A stretch of DNA of 64,000 nt from Acidimicrobiaceae bacterium (GTDB lineage Bacteria > Actinomycetota > Acidimicrobiia > Acidimicrobiales > Ilumatobacteraceae): contig JBEIIG010000009.1 of the NCBI GenBank assembly GCA_040380855.1, positions 10,699-74,698 on the forward strand, read 5' to 3'. Position 1 is the first letter of the stretch. Each line of letters opens with the position of its first letter. The position numbers were made by a program, and so were the translations under genes. Shown piece after piece: positions 54,357-63,370 of this stretch. The notes below the pieces were generated by a model. It searched no databases and was not told the origin of the DNA. It was given only the letters and a program-made list of their open reading frames with translations.

Positions 54357-56593
54357 TCGATGAGGCCGGCTGTGTGGGCGATGTCGACCGCCCCGCTTCG
54401 TGAGGTGGTGCCGAGCTTGCGGTAAATGGCCACGGTGTGCGTCTTCACCGTGTTGCGCGAGAGGTAGAGCCGTTCGGCGATCTCGCCCACGCTGAGGTGC
54501 GTGGGCAGGTACTGCAGCACGCGGAGTTCGGCGGTGGTGAGCGACGCGGGCCCGAAGCTGGCGGCATGGCCGCCGGAGGCGACCGAGCGGCGGATGTCGG
54601 CGATCTGCCGGGCTGCAGCGTGGGCGTCGGGCATGGCGGCGAGGAACACCTCTGCCTCGTCGAGCAGGGTGGTGGCCTCGACCGTGCGGCCGACGAGTGC
54701 ACTGGCGTGGGCCAGCGCCAGGCGGGAGACCAGGTTGAACCAGGGGCTGACCGGCGCGAATCCACTGAGTTGCAGGCGGGCGAGCTGGTGGGCGTCGGCA
54801 GCTTCGTCGAGCCGGCCTTGACGAGTGAGGACGAGTGCCCGCACCGCGGTGATGGGGCACGCTGCCGGTAGCGACCACTGCTCGCCGAGCGCGTGCACGC
54901 TCTCGTCACTGCACTCGATGGCGGCCTCCCAGTCGCCGAGGTCGACGTGCACCAGGGCGAGGATGGCGAGCGACAGGCCGCGCATCAGTGGCCGACCTTC
55001 GCTGCCGGCGACGGCTTCTCGCAACAGTTCGACGGCACGGTCGGGGTTTCCGCGCAGCGCGTGTGAGGTGGCCTCGAGGGCGCACGAGAACGGGTGCCAG
55101 AACGCGCCCGGCCGGAGTCGCGCTCGTGCATATGCAGCTTCGATGGCGACGTCGCTGGCAGTGAGCCAGCCGATGCTGGCGCGTGCCACCGCCAAGGCCA
55201 CCGCAGGTTCGCGGTCCGTTGCGTCGATGGGCCGCTCGGCACCGATGGCCACCATCGCCTGCTCGAGCAGGGCGAGGGCGGCAGCGCCGTCGCCGGCCAC
55301 ATGGCTGGCATGGGCGCCGGAGGTGAGCATCAGTGGGCGGGCCACGAGATCGTCACGCGAGAACCAGCCGAGCCAGCGTTCGAGTGTGGCCTGACGACCG
55401 AGGTTGACGTACAGCGGGAAGTAGCGCACCACGAGGTGTGCCGTCCGGTCGACATCGCCGGAACGGGCGGCGCACGCCACGGCGAGTTCGGCCTCACCGC
55501 GTTCTTCATGCCAGGCGCTGGCGGCGCGAAGGGTGGCCGCCGCCTCACCGGGCTCACGTCGTTCGAGTTCGGCGGTGAGGTACTCAGACAGCAGATGGTG
55601 GAGCCGGTACCACTGGCGCTGCTCGTCGAGCGCGATGACCAGCAGGTTGCGCCGATGAAGGTCTTCGAGCACAGCGGACGAGCTGCGGCGGTCGAGGAGG
55701 TGGTCGCACAGCGGGCCCGAGAACCGTTCGAGGGGCGCCACCCGCAACAGCAGGTTGGCGACTTCGGTGCCGACACCCGACAACACCACCTCGGAGAAGT
55801 ACTCGACCATCATGCGCGTGTCGCCGGCGACATCGAGCGTGGCCCGTTCGCCGCGACTCGACCGCCTGGCCAGTGCCGCCAGATACAGCGCCAACGGCCA
55901 CCCCTCGGTGCGTTCGGTGAGGGTGGCAGCCTCGGCGGGGGTGATGTCGACGGCCAAGGCGGCGTACATCGCGGCCACCGTGTCGGTGCCGAGTGCCAGG
56001 TCGCGCTGGCCGATCTCGACCACCGTGTGGCGGGCGCGCCATCGAGCGAACGGCAGCGCCGGAAGCGCACGCGACCCCAACGCCACCAGCGAACCAGCCG
56101 GCAACTCGTCGACGATGACGGTGAGGGCGTCGAGTGCCTCGAGTGAGGTGAGTTCGTGCACGTCGTCGAGGACCAGGAGGAACGGCGTGCGCCGACCGGC
56201 GAGCATGCGGGCGAACCGTTGGGTGGGCGCCGAGGCGATGGAGGCGCGCTGGTTGGCCAGGTCGGCGCGCACCTGGGGGTCGATCGGTTCGAGCTGATTC
56301 AACACATAGGCGACATCGCCGAGCAGCACCGATGCCTCGTTGTGGGCGCGATCGAGGGTGAGCCAGGCGCTGGGCCGGCCGTCGTTTGCCGCCAGGTCGG
56401 CCAGCAGCGTCGACTTCCCGTATCCGGCCGCTGCGGTGACGAGGAGCAGGTCGGGTTCGTTCGCCGCGATGTGCTCGAGCAGGTCGGTTCGGGCCACATG
56501 GCCCCGGCGGCGGCGAGGAGGGTGCAGTTTCGAGGCGACGGCCAGCGGTTCGGCGGGCACCACGCCGATGCTGCTGTCGACCCGTTGAGCCAT
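54353..56593 (-). CDS. Large ATP-binding LuxR-family (LAL/MalT-like) transcriptional regulator
   Basis: N-terminal Walker A LLLVTAAAGYGKSTLL, long helical/TPR-like middle, and a C-terminal LuxR HTH (LTTAELRVLQYLPTHLSVGEIAERLYLSRNTVKTHT). Confidence 0.85.
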   Translation of the reverse strand: MAQRVDSSIGVVPAEPLAVASKLHPPRRRRGHVARTDLLEHIAANEPDLLLVTAAAGYGKSTLLADLAANDGRPSAWLTLDRAHNEASVLLGDVAYVLNQLEPIDPQVRADLANQRASIASAPTQRFARMLAGRRTPFLLVLDDVHELTSLEALDALTVIVDELPAGSLVALGSRALPALPFARWRARHTVVEIGQRDLALGTDTVAAMYAALAVDITPAEAATLTERTEGWPLALYLAALARRSSRGERATLDVAGDTRMMVEYFSEVVLSGVGTEVANLLLRVAPLERFSGPLCDHLLDRRSSSAVLEDLHRRNLLVIALDEQRQWYRLHHLLSEYLTAELERREPGEAAATLRAASAWHEERGEAELAVACAARSGDVDRTAHLVVRYFPLYVNLGRQATLERWLGWFSRDDLVARPLMLTSGAHASHVAGDGAAALALLEQAMVAIGAERPIDATDREPAVALAVARASIGWLTASDVAIEAAYARARLRPGAFWHPFSCALEATSHALRGNPDRAVELLREAVAGSEGRPLMRGLSLAILALVHVDLGDWEAAIECSDESVHALGEQWSLPAACPITAVRALVLTRQGRLDEAADAHQLARLQLSGFAPVSPWFNLVSRLALAHASALVGRTVEATTLLDEAEVFLAAMPDAHAAARQIADIRRSVASGGHAASFGPASLTTAELRVLQYLPTHLSVGEIAERLYLSRNTVKTHTVAIYRKLGTTSRSGAVDIAHTAGLID

Positions 56594-56715
56594 GGCCGCA
56601 TGCTACCGGCGACCCTGTTTTGGGTCGGGTGACGGATGGCCCAGTCACCCGATCTGGGGCATGTCGTGGACCCCTCGCGGGGGGATCATCTGGACTCCAC
56701 GTCGACGGAGGACCC

Positions 56716-58215
56716 ATGGCCGACCAACCGAACATCCTGATCATCTGGGGCGACGACATCGGCGTCTCGAACCTGTCGTGTTACAGCGACGGGGTGATGG
56801 GGTATCGCACCACCAACATCGACCGCATCGCCGCCGAAGGTGCCCGCTTCACCGACTACTACGGCGAGCAGAGTTGCACCGCGGGGCGCGCCGCGTTCGT
56901 GACCGGTCAGAACCCGTACCGCACCGGTCTCACCAAGGTGGGCATGCCGGGCGCGCCGATCGGCCTGCGCGACACCGACCCCACCATTGCCCGGGCGTTG
57001 CGGGCCAACGGCTACGCCACCGGCCAGTTCGGCAAGAACCACCTGGGCGACCGCGACGAGTTCTTGCCCACTATGCATGGCTTCGACGAGTTCTTCGGCA
57101 ACCTGTACCACCTCAACGCCGAAGAAGAGCCCGAACAGCGCGACTACCCGAGCGAGAGCGATTTCCCCAACTTCCGCCAGCGCTTCGGCCCCCGTGGCGT
57201 CATCCATTCGTGGGCCAACCCTGACGGCACCCAGCGCATCGAAGACACCGGGCCGCTCACCAAGAAGCGGATGGAGACCTGCGACGAAGAGTTCCGCGAC
57301 GCGGCGATCGATTTCATCAGCCGGCAGCACGCAGCCGACAAGCCGTTCTTCGTGTGGTTCAACAGCACCCACATGCACTTCCGCACGCACGGCAAGCCCG
57401 AGAGCAAGGGCCGCGCCGGCCGCTGGCAGTCGGAGTACCACGACACGATGCTCGACCACGACGACGTGGTGGGCGACCTGCTCGATGCGCTCGACGAAAT
57501 GGGCCTGAGCGAGAACACGATCGTCGTGTACTCCACCGACAACGGTCCGCACATGAACACCTGGCCCGACGCCGGGATGACCCCGTTCCGCAGTGAGAAG
57601 AACTCGAACTGGGAGGGTGCCTACCGGGTGCCGTGCCTGGTGCGCTGGCCCGGGCACATCCCGGCCGGCACCGTGCTGAACGGCATCATCAGCCACAACG
57701 ACTGGTTCCCCACCCTGCTGGCGGCAGCAGGGGTGACCGACATCGTCGATCAACTGAGGGTCGGTGGCGAGTTGGAGGGCAAGCACTTCAAGGTGCACCT
57801 CGACGGCCACAACCAACTGCCGTACCTCACCGGTGAGACCGATCAGAGCGCTCGCCAGTACTTCTTCTATGTGTCCGACGACGGCGACCTGACGGCGATG
57901 CGCTTCGACAACTGGAAGATCGTCTTCCTCGAACAGCGCGCCGCGGGCACGCTGAACATCTGGGCCGAGCCCTACACCCACCTGCGCGTACCGAAGTTCT
58001 TCAACCTGCGCACCGACCCGTACGAACGTGCCGACATCACCTCGAACACGTACTACGACTGGTTGCTCGACCATGCCTGGCTGGCGGTGCCGGCGCAGGC
58101 GTTCGCGGCACAGATGCTCACCAGCCTGGTCGAGTTCCCGCCCAGCCAGAAGCCGGCGAGCTTCACCATCGAGCAGGTGGTGGCCAAGTTGACGTCGGGC
58201 ATGCCCAGCGCGTGA
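56716..58215 (+). CDS. Arylsulfatase (Cys-type, formylglycine-dependent)
   Basis: Start at MADQPNILIIWGDD. Sulfatase signature SCTAGRAAFVTGQNPYRTG (C-x-A-x-R). Confidence 0.9.
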   Translation: MADQPNILIIWGDDIGVSNLSCYSDGVMGYRTTNIDRIAAEGARFTDYYGEQSCTAGRAAFVTGQNPYRTGLTKVGMPGAPIGLRDTDPTIARALRANGYATGQFGKNHLGDRDEFLPTMHGFDEFFGNLYHLNAEEEPEQRDYPSESDFPNFRQRFGPRGVIHSWANPDGTQRIEDTGPLTKKRMETCDEEFRDAAIDFISRQHAADKPFFVWFNSTHMHFRTHGKPESKGRAGRWQSEYHDTMLDHDDVVGDLLDALDEMGLSENTIVVYSTDNGPHMNTWPDAGMTPFRSEKNSNWEGAYRVPCLVRWPGHIPAGTVLNGIISHNDWFPTLLAAAGVTDIVDQLRVGGELEGKHFKVHLDGHNQLPYLTGETDQSARQYFFYVSDDGDLTAMRFDNWKIVFLEQRAAGTLNIWAEPYTHLRVPKFFNLRTDPYERADITSNTYYDWLLDHAWLAVPAQAFAAQMLTSLVEFPPSQKPASFTIEQVVAKLTSGMPSA

Positions 58216-59228
58216 GCAACATCGCGTCGAGCGACCCGACCGCGCCGGGTGGGGCGACCTCGCCTCATCCGAGCGCCGTCTGGGTGCCCGGCGGCATGTT
58301 CACGATGGGCTCCGACCGGCACTATCCGGAGGAGGCGCCGGCGCATCGGGTGCGCGTCGACGGGTTCTGGATCGGGTCGTACCCGGTGACCAATGCCGAG
58401 TTCGCCGAGTTCGTCGCGACCACCGGGTACGTCACCGTGGCCGAACGTCCGCTCGACCCTGCCGACTACCCGGGGGCGCCGGCCGAGAACCTGGCACCCG
58501 GATCACTGGTGTTCACGCCGACCCCCGGCCCGGTCGACCTGCGGCACCTGAGTCAGTGGTGGACCTGGACGCCGGGAGCGTCGTGGCGAAACCCCGAGGG
58601 ACCGCGCAGCACACTCGACGACCGCGGCGATCATCCGGTGGTGCACCTCGCCCACGAGGATGCTGCGGTCTACGCCGACTGGCGAGGCGGTGCGCTGCCC
58701 ACCGAGGCCGAGTGGGAGTTCGCGGCCCGCGGTGGCCTCGACGGCGCCGAGTTCACGTGGGGCGACGAGCGCCGGCCGGATGGCCGGATCATGGCGAACA
58801 CCTGGGACGGGCCCGACTTCCCGTGGCGCAACACCGGCGATGATGGCTGGGAGCGCACGTCACCGGTTGGTGCGTTCCCGGCCAATGGCTACGGCCTGCA
58901 CGACATGGCGGGCAACGTGTGGGAGTGGACCGACGACTGGTACACGAGTCGGCACCCCACCGACGTCGACAAGCCCTGCTGCGTACCGCTCAATCCGCGA
59001 GGCGGTGATCTCGATACCAGTTTCGATCCGGCGCAGCCGCAGTTCCGGATCCCGCGCAAGGTGATCAAGGGCGGTTCGCACCTGTGCGCCGACAGCTACT
59101 GCATGCGGTACCGACCGGCGGCCCGTCGCCCGCAGATGATCGACACCGGGATGAGCCATGTCGGCTTCCGCGTGGTGTGGCGGCCGACATCGACGACGGT
59201 CGACCACCCGGGGGAGGACCCGCGATGA
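58212..59228 (+). CDS. Formylglycine-generating enzyme (SUMF1/FGE family)
   Basis: GTG overlaps the sulfatase stop (GTGA). GFWIGSYPVTNAEFAEFV, GNVWEWTDDWY and KGGSHLCADSYCMRYRPAAR. Confidence 0.9.
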   Translation: MSNIASSDPTAPGGATSPHPSAVWVPGGMFTMGSDRHYPEEAPAHRVRVDGFWIGSYPVTNAEFAEFVATTGYVTVAERPLDPADYPGAPAENLAPGSLVFTPTPGPVDLRHLSQWWTWTPGASWRNPEGPRSTLDDRGDHPVVHLAHEDAAVYADWRGGALPTEAEWEFAARGGLDGAEFTWGDERRPDGRIMANTWDGPDFPWRNTGDDGWERTSPVGAFPANGYGLHDMAGNVWEWTDDWYTSRHPTDVDKPCCVPLNPRGGDLDTSFDPAQPQFRIPRKVIKGGSHLCADSYCMRYRPAARRPQMIDTGMSHVGFRVVWRPTSTTVDHPGEDPR

Positions 59229-60148
59229 CCCGTTCTGATCACCTACTGCCTTCGTGGCGCGAGGGCACCACCCGCGATGCGCTACTGACCTTCCTGGAAG
59301 CATCGGCATCACTCGCCCCCGCCGATCGAGTAGCCACGTTCGACAACGACGGCACGTTGTGGTGCGAGCGGCCTGCCTACTTGCAGTTCCTGTTCTTCGT
59401 CGATGCCCTGCAGCGGGCAGCCGAGACCGACCCGTCGTTGCGAGATCGGCCGGAGTTCGCTGCTGTGCTGAGCAACGACCAGGGGGCGATCGGCGAGTTG
59501 GGCCTGGCCCGGGTGGGCATGGCACTGAACGGTCTGTTCGCCGGGCTGACCCCCGAGGCGTTCAGCACTGCGGCACGCGAGTTCGTCGACCGTGCGGTTC
59601 ACCCGGTGCTCGGCCTGCCGGCGCGCCGCACCGTGTACCAGCCGATGCTCGAGTTGATCGACGCGCTCCGCGAGCACGGATTTGCCGTGTTCGTGGTGAG
59701 TGGCGGCGGCACCGAATTCGTCCGTGCGGTGAGCCATGACCTGTACGGGGTGCCGCCCGAGGGAGTGGTGGGCACCTTGGTGCAGCACGAGATGGTGCGC
59801 CGCGCCGATGGCGGCCCCGAACTGCGGCGCACGAACCTGCTCGACGGTGAAGCGAACGAGGGCGTGGCCAAGGTGACCCGCATCCAGAGTCACCTCGGCC
59901 GCCGTCCGGTGTTCGCCGCCGGCAACTCCGGGGGCGATCGCGAGATGCTCGAGTGGGCCACCGCGGGCGACGGCCCTTCGATGGCGCTGGTGATCGATCA
60001 CGACGACGCCCAGCGCGAGTTCGCCTATCAGGGCCGCGCCGAGAGTTTCGCCGAGGACGAGTCGATCACCGCGGCGGCCGCCCGTCTGGGCTGGACCGTG
60101 GCGAGCATCGCCAACGACTGGGCGACCGTGTTCCCCTCGGCCGATTGA
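59225..60148 (+). CDS. HAD-superfamily hydrolase (subfamily IB-like)
   Basis: ATG overlaps the FGE stop (ATGA). DxDxT motif ATFDNDGTLW, with VVSGGGTEF and GNSGGD motifs. Confidence 0.7.
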   Translation: MTRSDHLLPSWREGTTRDALLTFLEASASLAPADRVATFDNDGTLWCERPAYLQFLFFVDALQRAAETDPSLRDRPEFAAVLSNDQGAIGELGLARVGMALNGLFAGLTPEAFSTAAREFVDRAVHPVLGLPARRTVYQPMLELIDALREHGFAVFVVSGGGTEFVRAVSHDLYGVPPEGVVGTLVQHEMVRRADGGPELRRTNLLDGEANEGVAKVTRIQSHLGRRPVFAAGNSGGDREMLEWATAGDGPSMALVIDHDDAQREFAYQGRAESFAEDESITAAAARLGWTVASIANDWATVFPSAD

Positions 60149-60202
60149 CCGAACCGGCTGAGTGAGCGCCGCCACTCGGCCGCGTGAGGCCGGACCGGGG
60201 GG

Positions 60203-61621
60203 TCATGTCCACTGTTCGTTCGGTGGCCCGGTGGTCATGAGCAGGGTGCCGTCGCGGGCTCGGACGGTGATGGATCGGTCGGCGCCCATCGTGAGTTGCC
60301 AGTGTTCGGCGTGGAGTCGGCCGTGGTGGTGCCTGCACAGTGGGAGCAGGTTGGCCAGGTTGGTGTGTGCGCTGTGTTCCCAGTAGTGGATGTGGTGGGC
60401 TTCGGTGATGGAGACGTGCCGGCGGCAGCCGGGGATCGCGCAGTGTCGGTACATCGCGCGGAGCGCCCTGCGTTGTCGGGTGCTGGCGTGTCGTCGGTTT
60501 CGGTCGTGGTCGAGTGTGACGGGTCGGGTGAGTGACTGGGCGAGCTGGTCGCAGGTGGGGACCGGGTCGCCTTGGGTGATGACGACACCGTCGCGGTTGA
60601 CGACGACCGGCACGAACCGTGCCCGGGTGGCGATGGTGCGGACGCTGTCGATGGGCAGGTCGATGCCTGGCCCGCAGTCGACTTTCGAGTGGGCGTGTCG
60701 GCCGTGTTCGAAGGTCTGTTGGTCGATGACCACGATGACTTCGGGTTTCCCGATCGCACCGGCTGCGCCGGTGATGAGATCCATCAGGGCGTGGGCGCGG
60801 TGCCAGTCGACCGCGTCGAGTGGGTCGGTGGGACACTCGGCCGGGCGCGGTTGCGCGAGTCGGGCGTGGAGTTGTTCGTTGAGCAGGTGCTGGTAGGTGG
60901 CGCCGAGTTCGGGGTCGAGCGAAAGTGTGGAGCGGACCATCCCGGTGTTCGGGTCGATCCACACCCGGCAGCGGGTGTCGCGTTTCTGGCGTTCCAACCG
61001 CTGTTTGCCGTCGTCGGCTTCGATGAGCCGGATCTCGCGTTGCAACCAGCCACGCCACTGTTCGACCGTCGCCCGCTGCGAAATCGCGCGGGCAACGAGG
61101 TCGGCTTCCAACGCGCGCAGGGCGGGTTGCAACCGTGGTTCCAACGAGCGGACCGCGGCGGTGAACGCGTCGAGGTGCTCGCCCGACAGTCGGCCCTCAT
61201 CCATCGACGCTTTCACCTCGGGCGCGAGCGCGGCCTGTTCGGCACGCTCCAGGGCGCGCCCCGCACCCCCAGCTGACCGGCCGGTGGCGCGCGCGTTGAT
61301 CGCCGCCGGATCCACCCCGGGGCACTGCGCGGCGAGCTGCCGCAGCCGCTGGTTCAGATCGATCTCACGTGCCTGCAAGAACCGCTGCAACCCGGCCACA
61401 TCACCCAACAACCCGGCCACACCCGCCTCGTCGAGCAACGACACATCGGCGCCAGCAGCCCGGACGAACCGATCCACCAACGACACCGACACAGGGCCAC
61501 CCACGCCACTCAGAGGGAAGCCAGGCGCGACCGATGCCACACCGGCATCCGATACTGACAACAGTGCTGTGTCCACGCGCACCTCCCCCCACACCCGCAC
61601 CAGCAGGCAAACCAGCATCAA
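60203..61621 (-). CDS. DUF222-domain HNH endonuclease (13E12-repeat-type)
   Basis: C-terminal HNH (CAIPGCRRHVSITEAHHIHYWEH...NLLPLCRHHHGRLH) and a long helical DUF222-like N-terminus. By eye, more A-ending codons than neighbouring genes. Confidence 0.85.
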   Translation of the reverse strand: MMLVCLLVRVWGEVRVDTALLSVSDAGVASVAPGFPLSGVGGPVSVSLVDRFVRAAGADVSLLDEAGVAGLLGDVAGLQRFLQAREIDLNQRLRQLAAQCPGVDPAAINARATGRSAGGAGRALERAEQAALAPEVKASMDEGRLSGEHLDAFTAAVRSLEPRLQPALRALEADLVARAISQRATVEQWRGWLQREIRLIEADDGKQRLERQKRDTRCRVWIDPNTGMVRSTLSLDPELGATYQHLLNEQLHARLAQPRPAECPTDPLDAVDWHRAHALMDLITGAAGAIGKPEVIVVIDQQTFEHGRHAHSKVDCGPGIDLPIDSVRTIATRARFVPVVVNRDGVVITQGDPVPTCDQLAQSLTRPVTLDHDRNRRHASTRQRRALRAMYRHCAIPGCRRHVSITEAHHIHYWEHSAHTNLANLLPLCRHHHGRLHAEHWQLTMGADRSITVRARDGTLLMTTGPPNEQWT

Positions 61622-61793
61622 CCCACAAGACGGGAACCCGAACGGGTTCGATGTGGTTCCGAGGGGAAGATCGGAACACCGAGCAACCTATACGAACACC
61701 AGTTCGGCGACAACCCGACTGAGCAAGAATTCTCGGACCGCCTGTGCCCGAGCCATCTCGATCGCGCCGCGGCGCGGGCAGACTGGGCAGGTG

Positions 61794-62012
61794 ATGGCCG
61801 AGACCGCCTTCCTGGGTGAGAACCTCATCGTGTGGCTGCTGCTGGCACTGGGCGGTGCACTGTTCGCCGGCAACCTGCTGGCGCTCGTGCGGCCCCCCGC
61901 ACAGCGCCGCGACGAGGGCGACCTCGAACAGGCGCCCCGTGGCCGCAGCCTTGTCATGGCAGCCATCGGGCTGGTGGTTGCCGTGGCTGCTCTGGCGGCA
62001 CTGCTGCGCTGA
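61794..62012 (+). CDS. Hypothetical small membrane protein (72 aa, two TM helices)
   Basis: The ATG at 61794 gives MAETAFLGENLIVWLLLALGGALFAGNLLAL...AAIGLVVAVAALAALL. The rest of the 371-aa track ORF is antisense shadow over the HNH gene. Confidence 0.3.
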   Translation: MAETAFLGENLIVWLLLALGGALFAGNLLALVRPPAQRRDEGDLEQAPRGRSLVMAAIGLVVAVAALAALLR

Positions 62013-62063
62013 GGCGTCGGCGCTGAGGCGTCGGTGTGGCTGCGTCGGTGTGGGTGCGTCGGC
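62008..62063. repeat. Four tandem 14-bp repeats (core GCGTCGG every 14 bp)
   Basis: GCTGAGGCGTCGGC / GCTGAGGCGTCGGT / GTGGCTGCGTCGGT / GTGGGTGCGTCGGC, read directly in the convergent intergenic region. Confidence 0.8.
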
Positions 62064-62075
62064 GCGCAGCGCTGC

Positions 62076-63278
62076 TCAGCAGCGCACGACGACGTGCTCG
62101 TAGCGGTCCATCCTGCGTGGATCGTGACGCACCTCGCCCTCACCCAACTCGAGGTCGGGGCAGCGTTCGAGCAGTCGCTGTACGGCGATCTGCGCCTGCA
62201 ACCGCGCCAGGGGTGCGCCGATGCAGTAGTGGATGCCCTGCCCGAACGACAGCGACACCACCTCGGGTCGGGTGATGTCGAACGTGTCGGGGTCGGGCCA
62301 GCGGGCCGGGTCGCGGTTGGCCGCGCCGGTGGCGAGGCGGACGGTCGCTCCGCGAGGGATGACCGTGCCGCCGATCTCGACGTCGTCGAGCGCCAACCGC
62401 GGGGTGGTGGTCTGCTGGTTCGGGTGGTGGTAGCGCAGGATCTCGGTGATGGCCCCTGGTAGCAGAGTGGGTCGGTGTCGCAGCAGGGCCAGTTGGTCGG
62501 GGTGCCGCAACAGCAGCAGCATCCCGCTCGAGATCATCCGTTCGGTGGTGGTGCCCGCCGCGTTGTAGAGGGTGAGCAGTGCAGCGACGATCTCGGCTTC
62601 GGTGAGGGTGGCGCCGCGCTCGTCGGCATGGACGAGCGCAGTGACGAGGTCGGGTCGTGGCGCCTGCCGTCGCGCAGCGACGACATCGGTGATGAACTGC
62701 ACCTGCCACACCAGGGCCTGCCGGGCGGCCTCGCGCTGCTCGGCGTCGGCCGTCGGATCGCCCAGGCGTTCGGTGTCTTCGAACGACGCACGGAACTGCT
62801 GCTGCGCCTCGGCGGGGATGCCGATCATCTCGGATGCGACCGTGATGGTGAGTGGAAAGGCCAACTCGGTGACGAGGTCGAGTTCGCCTGCCGCCATACC
62901 GATGTCGATCAACTGATCGACCAGCGCGTGCACCCGTTCGCGTTGCTGGTCGACGGCCGCCCGGGTGAAGGCCTGCTGGACCAGGTTGCGGATGCGGGTG
63001 TGTTGCGGTGGGTCGCTCATGTTGAACGACTGGAGCACCACCTGCTGGGCGCGGGTGAACGGATCGAGTGAGTCGGCGGCGCGTGGCAGACCTCGCTTGG
63101 TGGCCCAGTCGCTCGACAGCCGCGGGTCGCGGAACGCGGCAGCGACGTCGTCGTAGCGGGTGAGCAACCAGTATCCGTACGACGAGTGGTGGACCGGGTC
63201 GTGGTCGCGCAGCCAACGCAGGGTCGGCGCGGGATCGTCGAGGAAGGCCACGGAATGCAGGTCGAGGGGGAGATCCAC
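62076..63278 (-). CDS. Cytochrome P450
   Basis: Heme-binding loop FGQGIHYCIGAPLA, I-helix AAGTTTE and ExxR (EILR). 400 aa. Confidence 0.92.
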   Translation of the reverse strand: MDLPLDLHSVAFLDDPAPTLRWLRDHDPVHHSSYGYWLLTRYDDVAAAFRDPRLSSDWATKRGLPRAADSLDPFTRAQQVVLQSFNMSDPPQHTRIRNLVQQAFTRAAVDQQRERVHALVDQLIDIGMAAGELDLVTELAFPLTITVASEMIGIPAEAQQQFRASFEDTERLGDPTADAEQREAARQALVWQVQFITDVVAARRQAPRPDLVTALVHADERGATLTEAEIVAALLTLYNAAGTTTERMISSGMLLLLRHPDQLALLRHRPTLLPGAITEILRYHHPNQQTTTPRLALDDVEIGGTVIPRGATVRLATGAANRDPARWPDPDTFDITRPEVVSLSFGQGIHYCIGAPLARLQAQIAVQRLLERCPDLELGEGEVRHDPRRMDRYEHVVVRC

Positions 63279-63370
63279 GGGAACAGCCTGGCACGGCCCA
63301 CCGCCTGGCTCGGCCGCGGTAGCCTCGCCCCGGGGTTCGCGCCTGACAGCGCGTCGCGAGTAGGGCCACG

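Noticed and set aside
60897-61793. First 299 codons of the 371-aa plus-strand ORF.
   Set aside because: They are antisense to the HNH gene and low-complexity. Only the terminal 72-aa hydrophobic part beyond the HNH gene is kept, as a low-confidence small ORF.
62008-62063. Possibility that the tandem repeats are a CRISPR array.
   Set aside because: The units are only 14 bp, directly abutting with no spacers, and there are only four copies. No cas genes are present in the window.
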